In this document: positions 42,694 to 50,622 of the stretch, one piece after another
Layout of the letters: each line of letters opens with the position of its first letter
How positions within the stretch are numbered: position 1 is the stretch's first letter
NCBI GenBank assembly: GCA_964425075.1
Contig: CAYRKM010000002.1
Span: 64,058-128,057 of the forward strand
Direction: 5' to 3'
DNA length: 64,000 bases
Origin: an uncultured Gammaproteobacteria bacterium
GTDB taxonomy: Bacteria > Patescibacteriota > Microgenomatia > Levybacterales > GWA1-39-11
Program-made: the position numbers and the translations under genes
Notes under the pieces: generated by a model
Databases searched by the model: none
What the model was told of the DNA's origin: nothing
Seen by the model: the letters and a program-made list of their open reading frames with translations, nothing else

Positions 42694-42759
42694 GTGGATT
42701 AATGGAAAAAATTGGCTTGCCCAGAGGAAGTAAAGCCAACGAAAGGAGGTGAATTATTT

Positions 42760-42972
42760 ATGGTTATAGAAACAAGACAACAAATGAAAGCTGGTGTTAT
42801 GGACACTATGGCTATGCCAGGGCCTACAGCTAAGGGATCGAACTCTCTGTGGCTTGAAAAGGCTATTGCGTTTAATAAACTTGCACGCGAAGGAGCTGAG
42901 CATGATGCCCAAGTAATTGCTTTTGCTGAACTAGCTGCAAATGTTCCTTACACATTAAAGGTAATCCGCTAG
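42760..42972 (+). CDS. 70-aa hypothetical small protein
   Basis: ATG at 42760 preceded by GAAAGGAGGTGA. The track start (TTG at 42712) is less likely. Translation begins MVIETRQQMKAGVMDTMAMPGPTAKGS... Confidence 0.6.
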   Translation: MVIETRQQMKAGVMDTMAMPGPTAKGSNSLWLEKAIAFNKLAREGAEHDAQVIAFAELAANVPYTLKVIR

Positions 42973-43010
42973 CTAGCACACAAAATTTTAAAAGAAAGGA
43001 GGAAAAAAAT

Positions 43011-43241
43011 ATGAGCGAAATATTAAGAAGAGCAGGTTATCATAGCACTCTTGCAGACGTTGGTACTCTACGTGAAGCAAGACCAGCTAACCATCACACC
43101 ACTAATATGCCAGATGGTGATTTGCCTGTTTTTGATCAGGAACAAGCCGAATTTGGATATCCTGCGCAATCAGCATTACCAAAAGAAACGCCTATGCCAG
43201 AGTCCTTGCTTCATGCAGGAGAACCTTTGAAGATTTTATAA
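43011..43241 (+). CDS. 76-aa hypothetical small protein
   Basis: ATG preceded by AAAGGAGGAAAAAAAT. No family recognised. Confidence 0.6.
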   Translation: MSEILRRAGYHSTLADVGTLREARPANHHTTNMPDGDLPVFDQEQAEFGYPAQSALPKETPMPESLLHAGEPLKIL

Positions 43242-43299
43242 TATTAAGAGTTTCTTGATTTGAGGCAAAAAATACATTACACTACGGAAAAGTGAACAA

Positions 43300-43451
43300 T
43301 TGGTTCAGTTGGTTGCGATGAATTCATTCATCGAGCGATGTTAGAAGTGTGGAGTTGTAACTCAGTTGGGGTTCGACTTTTGAAAAATGGACTCATAAGC
43401 AGAGTTTGCTTTTTGTTTTCGAAAAGTAGCTCAGTTGGTTACATTTTGTGT
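43300..43451 (+). repeat. tRNA-fragment debris (D-arm-like pieces) upstream of tRNA-Val(GAC)
   Basis: CAGTTGG-containing D-arm-like strings at about 43302-43315, 43358-43377 (with GGTTCGAC) and 43427-43441. The last, TAGCTCAGTTGGTTA, is identical to 43459-43473 inside the tRNA. Confidence 0.7.
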
Positions 43452-43525
43452 GGACGATTAGCTCAGTTGGTTAGAGCGTTGCATTGACATTGCAAAGGTC
43501 ACAAGTTCGAATCTTGTATCGTCCA
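43452..43525 (+). tRNA. tRNA-Val (GAC)
   Basis: Hand-folded. Acceptor GGACGAT/ATCGTCC, anticodon arm TTGCA-TTGACAT-TGCAA, T-loop TTCGAAT. The flanks 43442-43451 and 43525-43534 extend the acceptor helix to 17 bp. Confidence 0.9.
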
Positions 43526-43534
43526 CACAAAATG

Positions 43535-43623
43535 CGCTGAAGCGTTGCATTGACATTGCAGAGGCCAGAGAAGGAATTTCATTAATGAAATTCGACTGTC
43601 GTCAGCGAATCCTCTTGGGTCCA
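43535..43623 (+). pseudogene. decayed tRNA-Val-like remnant
   Basis: 20 nt at 43541-43560 are identical to the anticodon arm at 43475-43494. The remnant ends in ...GGGTCCA directly followed by the CTTCACTTCGTTCAGTGCA trailer. No intact T-arm or acceptor is present. Confidence 0.45.
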
Positions 43624-43690
43624 CTTCACTTCGTTCAGTGCAGGCACTTCAGTTTCGTTCAGCACGGGTACTTCGTTACACTCAGCACAG
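43624..43690 (+). repeat. tRNA-trailer repeat array
   Basis: CTTCACTTCGTTCAGTGCAGGCACTTCAGTTTCGTTCAGCACGGGTACTTCGTTACACTCAGCACAGACAC, i.e. three progressively degenerate units. Confidence 0.8.
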
Positions 43691-43702
43691 ACACATTTTC
43701 CC

Positions 43703-43751
43703 ATACTTGATACATACTTCAAAATACTTAATACTTAATACTAAATACTTA
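43703..43751 (+). repeat. ATACTTA heptamer microsatellite just upstream of the HD-domain gene
   Basis: ATACTTA/ATACTTA/ATACTAA/ATACTTA in tandem at 43724-43751, plus ATACTTG at 43703-43709. It ends 10 nt before the ATG at 43762. Confidence 0.7.
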
Positions 43752-43761
43752 ATTCTTTCTT

Positions 43762-44340
43762 ATGACCCGGCAAGAGGCATATCAAACACTACAGCTATAT
43801 ACAAAGTCTCAAACTCTAATTCGCCATCATTTGGCAGTTGAGGCAGCCATGCGTGCTGTTGCAAAAAAACTCATTTCTAAAGGTATTGAAAACATTGATA
43901 TTGAGCTTTGGGGGTTAACTGGACTGTTGCATGACGCAGACTACGAGATTACACGCAAAAATCCTGAAAGACATACTCTTTATCTCGAAGAAAAACTAGG
44001 CAAAACCCTTCCCCCAGGCGTAATTCAAGCAATAAAATCTCATAACAGCAAACACACAAACACTCAGCCCCAAACACCTATGGACTGGGCACTTTTCTGC
44101 GTAGATGAGCTTACAGGATTTGTTATCAAAACTGCGATGCTTACGAATGACAAGAGAATAGCAAGCCTTTCCTCGGACGGAGTGATATTACAGATAAACG
44201 ATAAATCAAATGCGAAATATGTAAAAAAAGAGCAAATTCTCGCATGCGAAACTCAACTTCACATTCCACTAAAAGAATTTGTAGAGCTCGTCCTTAACTC
44301 GATGAAGACTGTTGCAAACCAGCTTGGATTTACTCAATAA
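43762..44340 (+). CDS. HD-domain phosphohydrolase
   Basis: HHLAVEAAMRAVA ... LTGLLHDADYE (H...HD...D pattern). Confidence 0.75.
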   Translation: MTRQEAYQTLQLYTKSQTLIRHHLAVEAAMRAVAKKLISKGIENIDIELWGLTGLLHDADYEITRKNPERHTLYLEEKLGKTLPPGVIQAIKSHNSKHTNTQPQTPMDWALFCVDELTGFVIKTAMLTNDKRIASLSSDGVILQINDKSNAKYVKKEQILACETQLHIPLKEFVELVLNSMKTVANQLGFTQ

Positions 44341-44347
44341 TAGAAAT

Positions 44348-44569
44348 ATGGAACCTGTTGAAAAAATACACCGCTCTAGGGGGAAAATGATGTTTGAAAA
44401 TTTCCTGGGTGGTATTGCTTGGTCGCTTGGGGTTACATTTGGATGGGCTATAATAATTGCGATAATTGCTATAGTCCTTTCAAAAATCAACTATGTGCCC
44501 GTAGTTGGCGATTTTATTTTAAATATAATAAATTATGTTGCAAAACATCAAAGCCCTTTTTCTTTTTAA
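44348..44569 (+). CDS. small membrane protein (DUF5665-like)
   Basis: I use the ATG at 44348. FLGGIAWSLGVTFGWAIIIAIIAIVL...VPVVGDFILNII resembles DUF5665 from memory. Confidence 0.55.
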   Translation: MEPVEKIHRSRGKMMFENFLGGIAWSLGVTFGWAIIIAIIAIVLSKINYVPVVGDFILNIINYVAKHQSPFSF

Positions 44570-44618
44570 AAATGCTTTCCATCTTCAATCTTGAGGCTAT
44601 TTCTGTTAGAATACATAC

Positions 44619-45869
44619 ATGGATGATTTAGCACCAAATGACCACAAAAGACTTGGCCGCGAACTTGGTCTTTTTACGTTTTCCGACACTGTAGGAAAAG
44701 GACTGCCACTTTTTACCCCAAAAGGCTCAGTTATTAGACGCGAGTTAGAGCGTTTTATTGTTGACGAGGAGTTAAAGCGAGGCTACCAACACGTATATAC
44801 CCCTGACATTGCAAAGCTTGAATTGTATAAAAAATCAGGACATTATCCCTACTACAAAGACTCTATGTATGCCCCAATCACTATAGAGGATGAGGAATTT
44901 ATGCTTCGTCCCATGACTTGCCCTCATCATTTTGAGCTTTATCTTACTCGTCCACATAGCTACAAAGAACTTCCAATGAGAATCGCAGAGCTTGCAAAAC
45001 TGTATAGATTTGAGCAATCAGGTGAGCTAATGGGCCTGCAACGCGTACGGACATTTTGCCTAGCTGATGCCCATATTATTACCTCGCTTATAAATGTTGA
45101 AGAGGAAATCCAAAGCGTCCTTGATCTTATTGAATTTATTGCAAATACATTCAAACTCGAACAAGGAAAAGACTATCGTTATCGATTATCTTTGGGGGAC
45201 AGGAAGGACAGTAAGAAATACTTTAAAGATGATGCTTCTTGGGATATGGCAGAGAAAACTTTAAAAAAGGTATTAACCGACAGAAAAGCTCACTTTGTTG
45301 AAGCTGAAAATGAAGCAGCGTTTTATGGTCCAAAAATTGATATTCAAATGAAAAACACTAATGGTAAAGAGGATACAGCCTTTACTGTCCAGCATGACTT
45401 TGTTATGCCAAAACGTTTTGAATTAAGATATATAAATGAAAAAGGAGAAGAAGAGCAACCTGTTGTCATACACCGCTCATCAATTGGTGCAATTGAGCGT
45501 GTGATGGCTTTTTTAATAGAACACTATAAAGGCGCTTTCCCAATGTGGTTATCCCCTGTCCAGGCGGTTGTAATGGCAGTTTCTGATAAGTTTGATGCAT
45601 ACGCAAAAGAAGTATTTGAGGAGTTAAAAAGCAATGGGATTAGGGTTGAATTCGACAATTCTAATAACACGCTTGGTAACAAAATCCGTGAGGCTACTTT
45701 ACAAAAAGTACCCTACATGTGTATAATAGGCGGTCAGGAAGAACAAGAGTTTAAAGAAAGTGGAAAAAGAGTAATTACAGTAAGAACCCGAGAAGGAAAG
45801 GATCTGGGCAAGAAAGAACTTGACGAATTTATCAAGGGATTAAAAAAAGAAATTGAGACCAAACAATAA
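44619..45869 (+). CDS. thrS: threonyl-tRNA synthetase, catalytic core plus anticodon-binding domain only
   Basis: The protein starts at the DHKRLGRELGLF motif. It has FMLRPMTCPHH and class II motifs and is 416 aa, with no TGS or editing domains. TGTTAGAAT ends 6 nt before the ATG. Confidence 0.85.
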   Translation: MDDLAPNDHKRLGRELGLFTFSDTVGKGLPLFTPKGSVIRRELERFIVDEELKRGYQHVYTPDIAKLELYKKSGHYPYYKDSMYAPITIEDEEFMLRPMTCPHHFELYLTRPHSYKELPMRIAELAKLYRFEQSGELMGLQRVRTFCLADAHIITSLINVEEEIQSVLDLIEFIANTFKLEQGKDYRYRLSLGDRKDSKKYFKDDASWDMAEKTLKKVLTDRKAHFVEAENEAAFYGPKIDIQMKNTNGKEDTAFTVQHDFVMPKRFELRYINEKGEEEQPVVIHRSSIGAIERVMAFLIEHYKGAFPMWLSPVQAVVMAVSDKFDAYAKEVFEELKSNGIRVEFDNSNNTLGNKIREATLQKVPYMCIIGGQEEQEFKESGKRVITVRTREGKDLGKKELDEFIKGLKKEIETKQ

Positions 45870-46386
45870 ATTTCAAAAAAAAGAGTTTTACAGACGCAAT
45901 CACCAGATCCGGGCTGTAACAGTACGAGTAATTGATGCTGAGGCAAAGCAGGTTGGAGTAATGGCACTTTCTGAAGCCTTAAAAATGGCTGAGGAACAAG
46001 AACTTGACCTAGTTGAGGTTGCGCCGCTTGCTCAACCGCCAGTTGCAAAGCTAATTGATTACTCGAAATTTTTGTATCAACTCAAAAAAAAGAAACAAGA
46101 GGAGAAAAAGGGAGCAAAGACTTCCGAAACCAAACAAATCAGATTTGGTCCCTTTATCGGAGAACATGATTTGGATATAAAAATTAAGAAGGCGAAAGAA
46201 TTTTTGACTGACGGAGATAAAGTGAAATTTACAGTAAGATACACGGGACGGCAGATGGCACATCAAGAAGTGGGAAGAAAAGTATTAGAGCAGGTTATAG
46301 AGAAGCTAGGCGACCTTGCGAAAATCGAGAGAGAAATGAAAATGGAGGGCAGACAGTTAAATATGTTTGTCACTAAAAATAAATAA
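45853..46386 (+). CDS. infC: translation initiation factor IF-3
   Basis: QIRAVTVRVIDAEAKQVGVM...ALKMAEEQELDLVEV and the C-terminal domain. TTG start that overlaps the thrS 3' end by 17 nt. Confidence 0.85.
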   Translation: MRPNNKFQKKEFYRRNHQIRAVTVRVIDAEAKQVGVMALSEALKMAEEQELDLVEVAPLAQPPVAKLIDYSKFLYQLKKKKQEEKKGAKTSETKQIRFGPFIGEHDLDIKIKKAKEFLTDGDKVKFTVRYTGRQMAHQEVGRKVLEQVIEKLGDLAKIEREMKMEGRQLNMFVTKNK

Positions 46387-46470
46387 AGTAAAAGTCAGCT
46401 AACAACTAATATATGCCAAAATTAAACAAAGTTTGGTTTTGTCATATATCATTAGATTAAATAATTGAAT

Positions 46471-46668
46471 ATGCCAAAATTAAAAACTAAAAGAAGCGTT
46501 TCGAGAAGATTCAAGGTTACCAAAACCGGAAAAGTTCTGCGTGGATCTCAAATGAGAAGTCATTTACGTTCTAAAAAATCTAAAGGAACACAAAGAGCAT
46601 CCAAAGAGCAAAAATTTGTAACAGGAAAATTTGCGAAAAAAGTGAGACAAATGCTTGGAGAAGCATAA
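46471..46668 (+). CDS. rpmI: ribosomal protein L35
   Basis: MPKLKTKRSVSRRFKVTKTGKV is the canonical L35 N-terminus. I use the ATG at 46471. Confidence 0.9.
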   Translation: MPKLKTKRSVSRRFKVTKTGKVLRGSQMRSHLRSKKSKGTQRASKEQKFVTGKFAKKVRQMLGEA

Positions 46669-46736
46669 AATCAGTTATTAGTTCTCAGGAGCAGTTGAGA
46701 ACAATAACTAATTACTAAAAACTAACAACTAAATTT

Positions 46737-47090
46737 ATGGCAAGAGTTAAAAGGGGAGTTGTTTCCCACAGAAAGCACAATAAAGTTCTAAACCTTACAA
46801 AAGGATATAGAGGAACTCGTTCAAAACTTATAAAAGTCGCGAAAGAGGCCTTACTGCACTCTGATGCATATGCTTATCATGGACGAAAGCGTCGAAAACG
46901 CGATATGCGAAGACTTTGGATTACGAGAATCGGGGAAGCAGTAAAGAAAGATGGCTACTCATACAGCGTGTTTATGAACGCATTGAAAACCAAAAAAATC
47001 GAAATTGATAGAAAGATCTTGTCACAACTTGTAACTGATGATCCTGACGCATTTACAATGGTTGTAAAAAAGGCTTTCGAGGGGAAGTAA
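46737..47090 (+). CDS. rplT: ribosomal protein L20
   Basis: MARVKRGVVSHRKHNKVL...GYRG is canonical L20. Confidence 0.9.
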   Translation: MARVKRGVVSHRKHNKVLNLTKGYRGTRSKLIKVAKEALLHSDAYAYHGRKRRKRDMRRLWITRIGEAVKKDGYSYSVFMNALKTKKIEIDRKILSQLVTDDPDAFTMVVKKAFEGK

Positions 47091-47115
47091 ATTTAGACTG
47101 AAATATACCTGAAGG

Positions 47116-47138
47116 CCTCCCAAACGGGAGGTTTTTTT
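47116..47138 (+). terminator. intrinsic terminator after rplT
   Basis: CCTCCC-AAAC-GGGAGG followed by T7. Confidence 0.8.
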
Positions 47139-47148
47139 GTTTTCAAAC

Positions 47149-47553
47149 ATGAAGCATATTGAAGAAGTCGCAGTTGTGGTTATCGTAAACAGTAATGGAG
47201 AAGTGCTTGTAACTCAAAGGGATGATCCATCTACCCCTATAATTCATCTGAAGTGGCAACTACCAGGTGGAGGCAAAGAGAAAAACGAAACGCTTGAGGA
47301 AACATGCATCAGAGAGGCAAAAGAGGAAACTGGATTAACAGTTAAACTTGTTACAAAAACTCCTCATAAAATTACTCAAGAGCTTCCAAGAAGAAATTTG
47401 TTGCTTTGTGGTTTTAAGGCCATACCAACTTCTGGTACAATTAATACTGAACTTGATAAAGAAACGAGGGACGCAAAGTGGTTATCTCGAGATGAGATAA
47501 ATAAACTCGATTTGCTACCAAAAACAATTGAAATGATTGATGCGTGTTATTAA
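47149..47553 (+). CDS. Nudix hydrolase
   Basis: Nudix box GGGKEKNETLEETCIREAKEETG. I use the ATG at 47149 because the track start lies inside the terminator. Confidence 0.8.
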   Translation: MKHIEEVAVVVIVNSNGEVLVTQRDDPSTPIIHLKWQLPGGGKEKNETLEETCIREAKEETGLTVKLVTKTPHKITQELPRRNLLLCGFKAIPTSGTINTELDKETRDAKWLSRDEINKLDLLPKTIEMIDACY

Positions 47554-47555
47554 CT

Positions 47556-48593
47556 ATGGAAGAAGAATTAATTAAAATCAAAAATGATGCTGTAGGGCTC
47601 TTGATGCATGAGACTGAGGATGGAATTGATGAAATTGCTCTGGATTTTTTGGGAAAACAAGGAAGGCTTACTACGATTATGAAAGAAATTCCAAAACTTC
47701 CTCCAGAGAAAAGACCAGAACTTGGAAAACTCGCAAATGAAATAAAAAAAACAATTGAGAGTCTGATAGAGGATAAAAGAAATGAGAAAAAAGCATCATC
47801 TTCAAGAGGTGCCAGGATAACTGGTGCAATTGATGTAACACAACCCGGTGTAAAACCTCCTCTTGGAACTCTCCATTTAGTAACACAGGCAATTAGTGAA
47901 ATTACAGCAATATTTGAGAAAATTGGATTTACTCGTGTCCGCTATCCTGAAGTAGAATTTGATTGGTACGCATTTGGCTCACTTAATTTTCCCGATAATC
48001 ATCCGGCACGGGATGACTGGGAAACTTTCTTTGTTGAACTTCCAACTGATTCACAGAAAGGTCCGATTTTACTTACTCCTCACACCTCGTCTGGTCAAGT
48101 TAGAGAGCTTGAAAAGGGTAATATGCCTGTAAAAATGCTTAACATTGCAAAATGTTATAGAAGACAAAGTGACGTTTCCCACACTCAAATGTTTCATCAA
48201 TTTGAAGGCCTTGTTGTTGCTGAAGGAATAAATATTTCTCATCTCAAAGGAGTGTTGGATTACTTTGTAAAGTCCTACTTTGGAGAGAAAAGAACGTTTC
48301 GTATTCGCCCATATCATTTCCAATTTACTGAACCATCATTTGAAATAGATATTTCCTGCGGTGTTTGTAATGGTAAGGGATGCAAGCTGTGTAAGGAAGG
48401 TTGGCTTGAATTGGGAGGAGCAGGAATGGTTCATCCTGAAGTTCTAAAAGCAGGAAAAGTAGATCCTAAGAAATATACTGGGTTTGCTTTTGGTTGGGGA
48501 GTTGAACGAGTTTTAATGATGAAAGAAGGACTTAGTATTGATGACCTTAGAATTCTTTATTCAAATGATCTTAATTTCCTAGAGCAATTCTAG
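47556..48593 (+). CDS. pheS: phenylalanyl-tRNA synthetase alpha subunit
   Basis: Class II core with HPARD..ETFF, LLTPHTSSGQVR and FGWGVERVLM. The ATG lies 2 nt after the Nudix stop. Confidence 0.9.
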   Translation: MEEELIKIKNDAVGLLMHETEDGIDEIALDFLGKQGRLTTIMKEIPKLPPEKRPELGKLANEIKKTIESLIEDKRNEKKASSSRGARITGAIDVTQPGVKPPLGTLHLVTQAISEITAIFEKIGFTRVRYPEVEFDWYAFGSLNFPDNHPARDDWETFFVELPTDSQKGPILLTPHTSSGQVRELEKGNMPVKMLNIAKCYRRQSDVSHTQMFHQFEGLVVAEGINISHLKGVLDYFVKSYFGEKRTFRIRPYHFQFTEPSFEIDISCGVCNGKGCKLCKEGWLELGGAGMVHPEVLKAGKVDPKKYTGFAFGWGVERVLMMKEGLSIDDLRILYSNDLNFLEQF

Positions 48594-48669
48594 ACTAGTC
48601 TATAGTCTTTAGTTCATGGTTTATAGTTAAAAAACTAAGGACTAAAAACTAATAACTAAAAACTGGATT

Positions 48670-50622
48670 ATGAATATTTTAATACCAAACAGTTGGCTAC
48701 AAGACCATCTTAAAACAAATGCAACTCCTGAGGAGTTTGCACGAGAAATGAGTCTTACAAGTGTCTCAATTGAGAGAATTGAGAAGGTTGGTGATGACTC
48801 TGTCTTTGATATAGAAATTACAACAAACAGACCTGACCTAATGTCTATTCAAGGAATTGCAAAGGAAGCTTCTGCTATACTTCCCCAAGCAGGTTTCAAC
48901 GCTAAATATATACCCCATGAATATAGTAAGACTTTAAAAACTGTTGAAAAAAATGACTTGTTGACAATATCTTATGACAAATCATTTATTAATCGCATTA
49001 TGGCAGTTGTAATAGACGTAAACCTTCATGATTCGTTAGATATTATTCGTGACAGACTTGAAAAAACCGGCATTCGAAGTATTAACAATATAGTTGATGT
49101 TACCAATTACATAATGCGCGAACTTGGTCATCCAACTCATGCATTTGATTATGACAAATTACAAACCCATACACTAAACATCCGAGAGTCAAAAAAAGGT
49201 GAAAAACTTACAACCTTGGACGGAAAAGAATATATTCTTCCTGGGGGAGACATAATAGCTGACAATGGAAAGGGTGAAATAGTTGATCTCTTGGGCATAA
49301 TGGGAACTGATAATATCGCAATAACTACAGACACAAAACGAATTGTACTTTTTATTAATAACAGTGACAGACATAAAATAAGAAAAACTTCTATGGCCCT
49401 TGGAATCCGTAGTGAAGCTGCGGTTTTGAACGAAAAAGGGGTCGACCCAGAGCTTGCCTTTCCTACGTTACTTAGGGGGGTAGAGCTTTACAAAGAGATA
49501 GCAAATGGAAATGTAGTTGGAGAAATTATTGATATTTATCCAAATCCCTTGAAAACAAAAAGGGTAAATATCGAAAAAGAAAAAATAAACTCAGTAATTG
49601 GAGTAGAGATAAAAGACGTAGTCATAAAAGACATATTAACCAATTTGGGGTTTGGTGTTTCTCAAAAAAATAATAGCTTCGAAATCACGGTTCCATCAAC
49701 AAGAGTTGCTGATATAGATATTCCTGAGGATATAATTGAGGAAGTTGCAAGAGTATATGGATATACAAAAATTCCAAATTTGCTCCCAACATTACCACAA
49801 CAAGCATATTATCATCAAGATAAAAATGAATTTTATTGGATTTCCAAACTTAAAGACGCATTTCAATTTTGGGGTTTTAATGAGGTGTATACATATTCAA
49901 TGGTCGCTGAAGAATTATTTGATGGTCCAATAAGTAATGCCGTTAAACTTAAGAATCCATTAACCGAAGATAGAACTTATCTTAGAAATACTATCACGCC
50001 AAGCATACTTGAAGTTGTAAGGATTAATAAGAACCGAGAATTCCTAAAGCTTTTTGAAATTGCGAATGTATACGTAAAACAAGCCAAAGGACTTCCAAAC
50101 GAGGTGCTTCATCTTGCGGGAGTTATTAAACATTCAAACATCACTTTTTATGAAATCAAAGGAATTGTTGAGCAAATTTTCTATATTCTGGGTATTGATT
50201 CCTACTCATTTAAAAAACGCACTGACGGGCTAAATGGAGCTTTCATTGTTTATGATAAAACACATATAGGTGGAATTGAAATCGAGGATGGTGAAGCGAC
50301 ATTTGAGATTGATATCCAAGAGCTAATAAAAAACGCAACAACTCACAAAAAATACAGTGAACCTACAAAATTTCCACCGGCGATTGAAGATGTAAGAATA
50401 GAAGTTTCTCAGCATTATACTTTTAAAGAAATTGCAGATATTATTTCTTCTCAAGACGATAGAATAAAAGATGTTAGCTTGCTTGATGTATATCAAAACA
50501 AAAAGACTTTCCGTGTGATTTTTATGGACAGAACAAAAAATTTAACAGCGGAAGATATAACCCCCATGAGAGAGAGAATTTATAAAGCATTAGAGTCCAA
50601 TTTTAAAGCTAAAATAGGCTGA
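48670..50622 (+). CDS. pheT: phenylalanyl-tRNA synthetase beta subunit, short form
   Basis: Contains the B3/4, B5, FDX-ACB-like C-terminus and ITTNRPDLMS motif. At 650 aa it appears to lack the OB-fold tRNA-binding insert near the N-terminus. Confidence 0.85.
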   Translation: MNILIPNSWLQDHLKTNATPEEFAREMSLTSVSIERIEKVGDDSVFDIEITTNRPDLMSIQGIAKEASAILPQAGFNAKYIPHEYSKTLKTVEKNDLLTISYDKSFINRIMAVVIDVNLHDSLDIIRDRLEKTGIRSINNIVDVTNYIMRELGHPTHAFDYDKLQTHTLNIRESKKGEKLTTLDGKEYILPGGDIIADNGKGEIVDLLGIMGTDNIAITTDTKRIVLFINNSDRHKIRKTSMALGIRSEAAVLNEKGVDPELAFPTLLRGVELYKEIANGNVVGEIIDIYPNPLKTKRVNIEKEKINSVIGVEIKDVVIKDILTNLGFGVSQKNNSFEITVPSTRVADIDIPEDIIEEVARVYGYTKIPNLLPTLPQQAYYHQDKNEFYWISKLKDAFQFWGFNEVYTYSMVAEELFDGPISNAVKLKNPLTEDRTYLRNTITPSILEVVRINKNREFLKLFEIANVYVKQAKGLPNEVLHLAGVIKHSNITFYEIKGIVEQIFYILGIDSYSFKKRTDGLNGAFIVYDKTHIGGIEIEDGEATFEIDIQELIKNATTHKKYSEPTKFPPAIEDVRIEVSQHYTFKEIADIISSQDDRIKDVSLLDVYQNKKTFRVIFMDRTKNLTAEDITPMRERIYKALESNFKAKIG

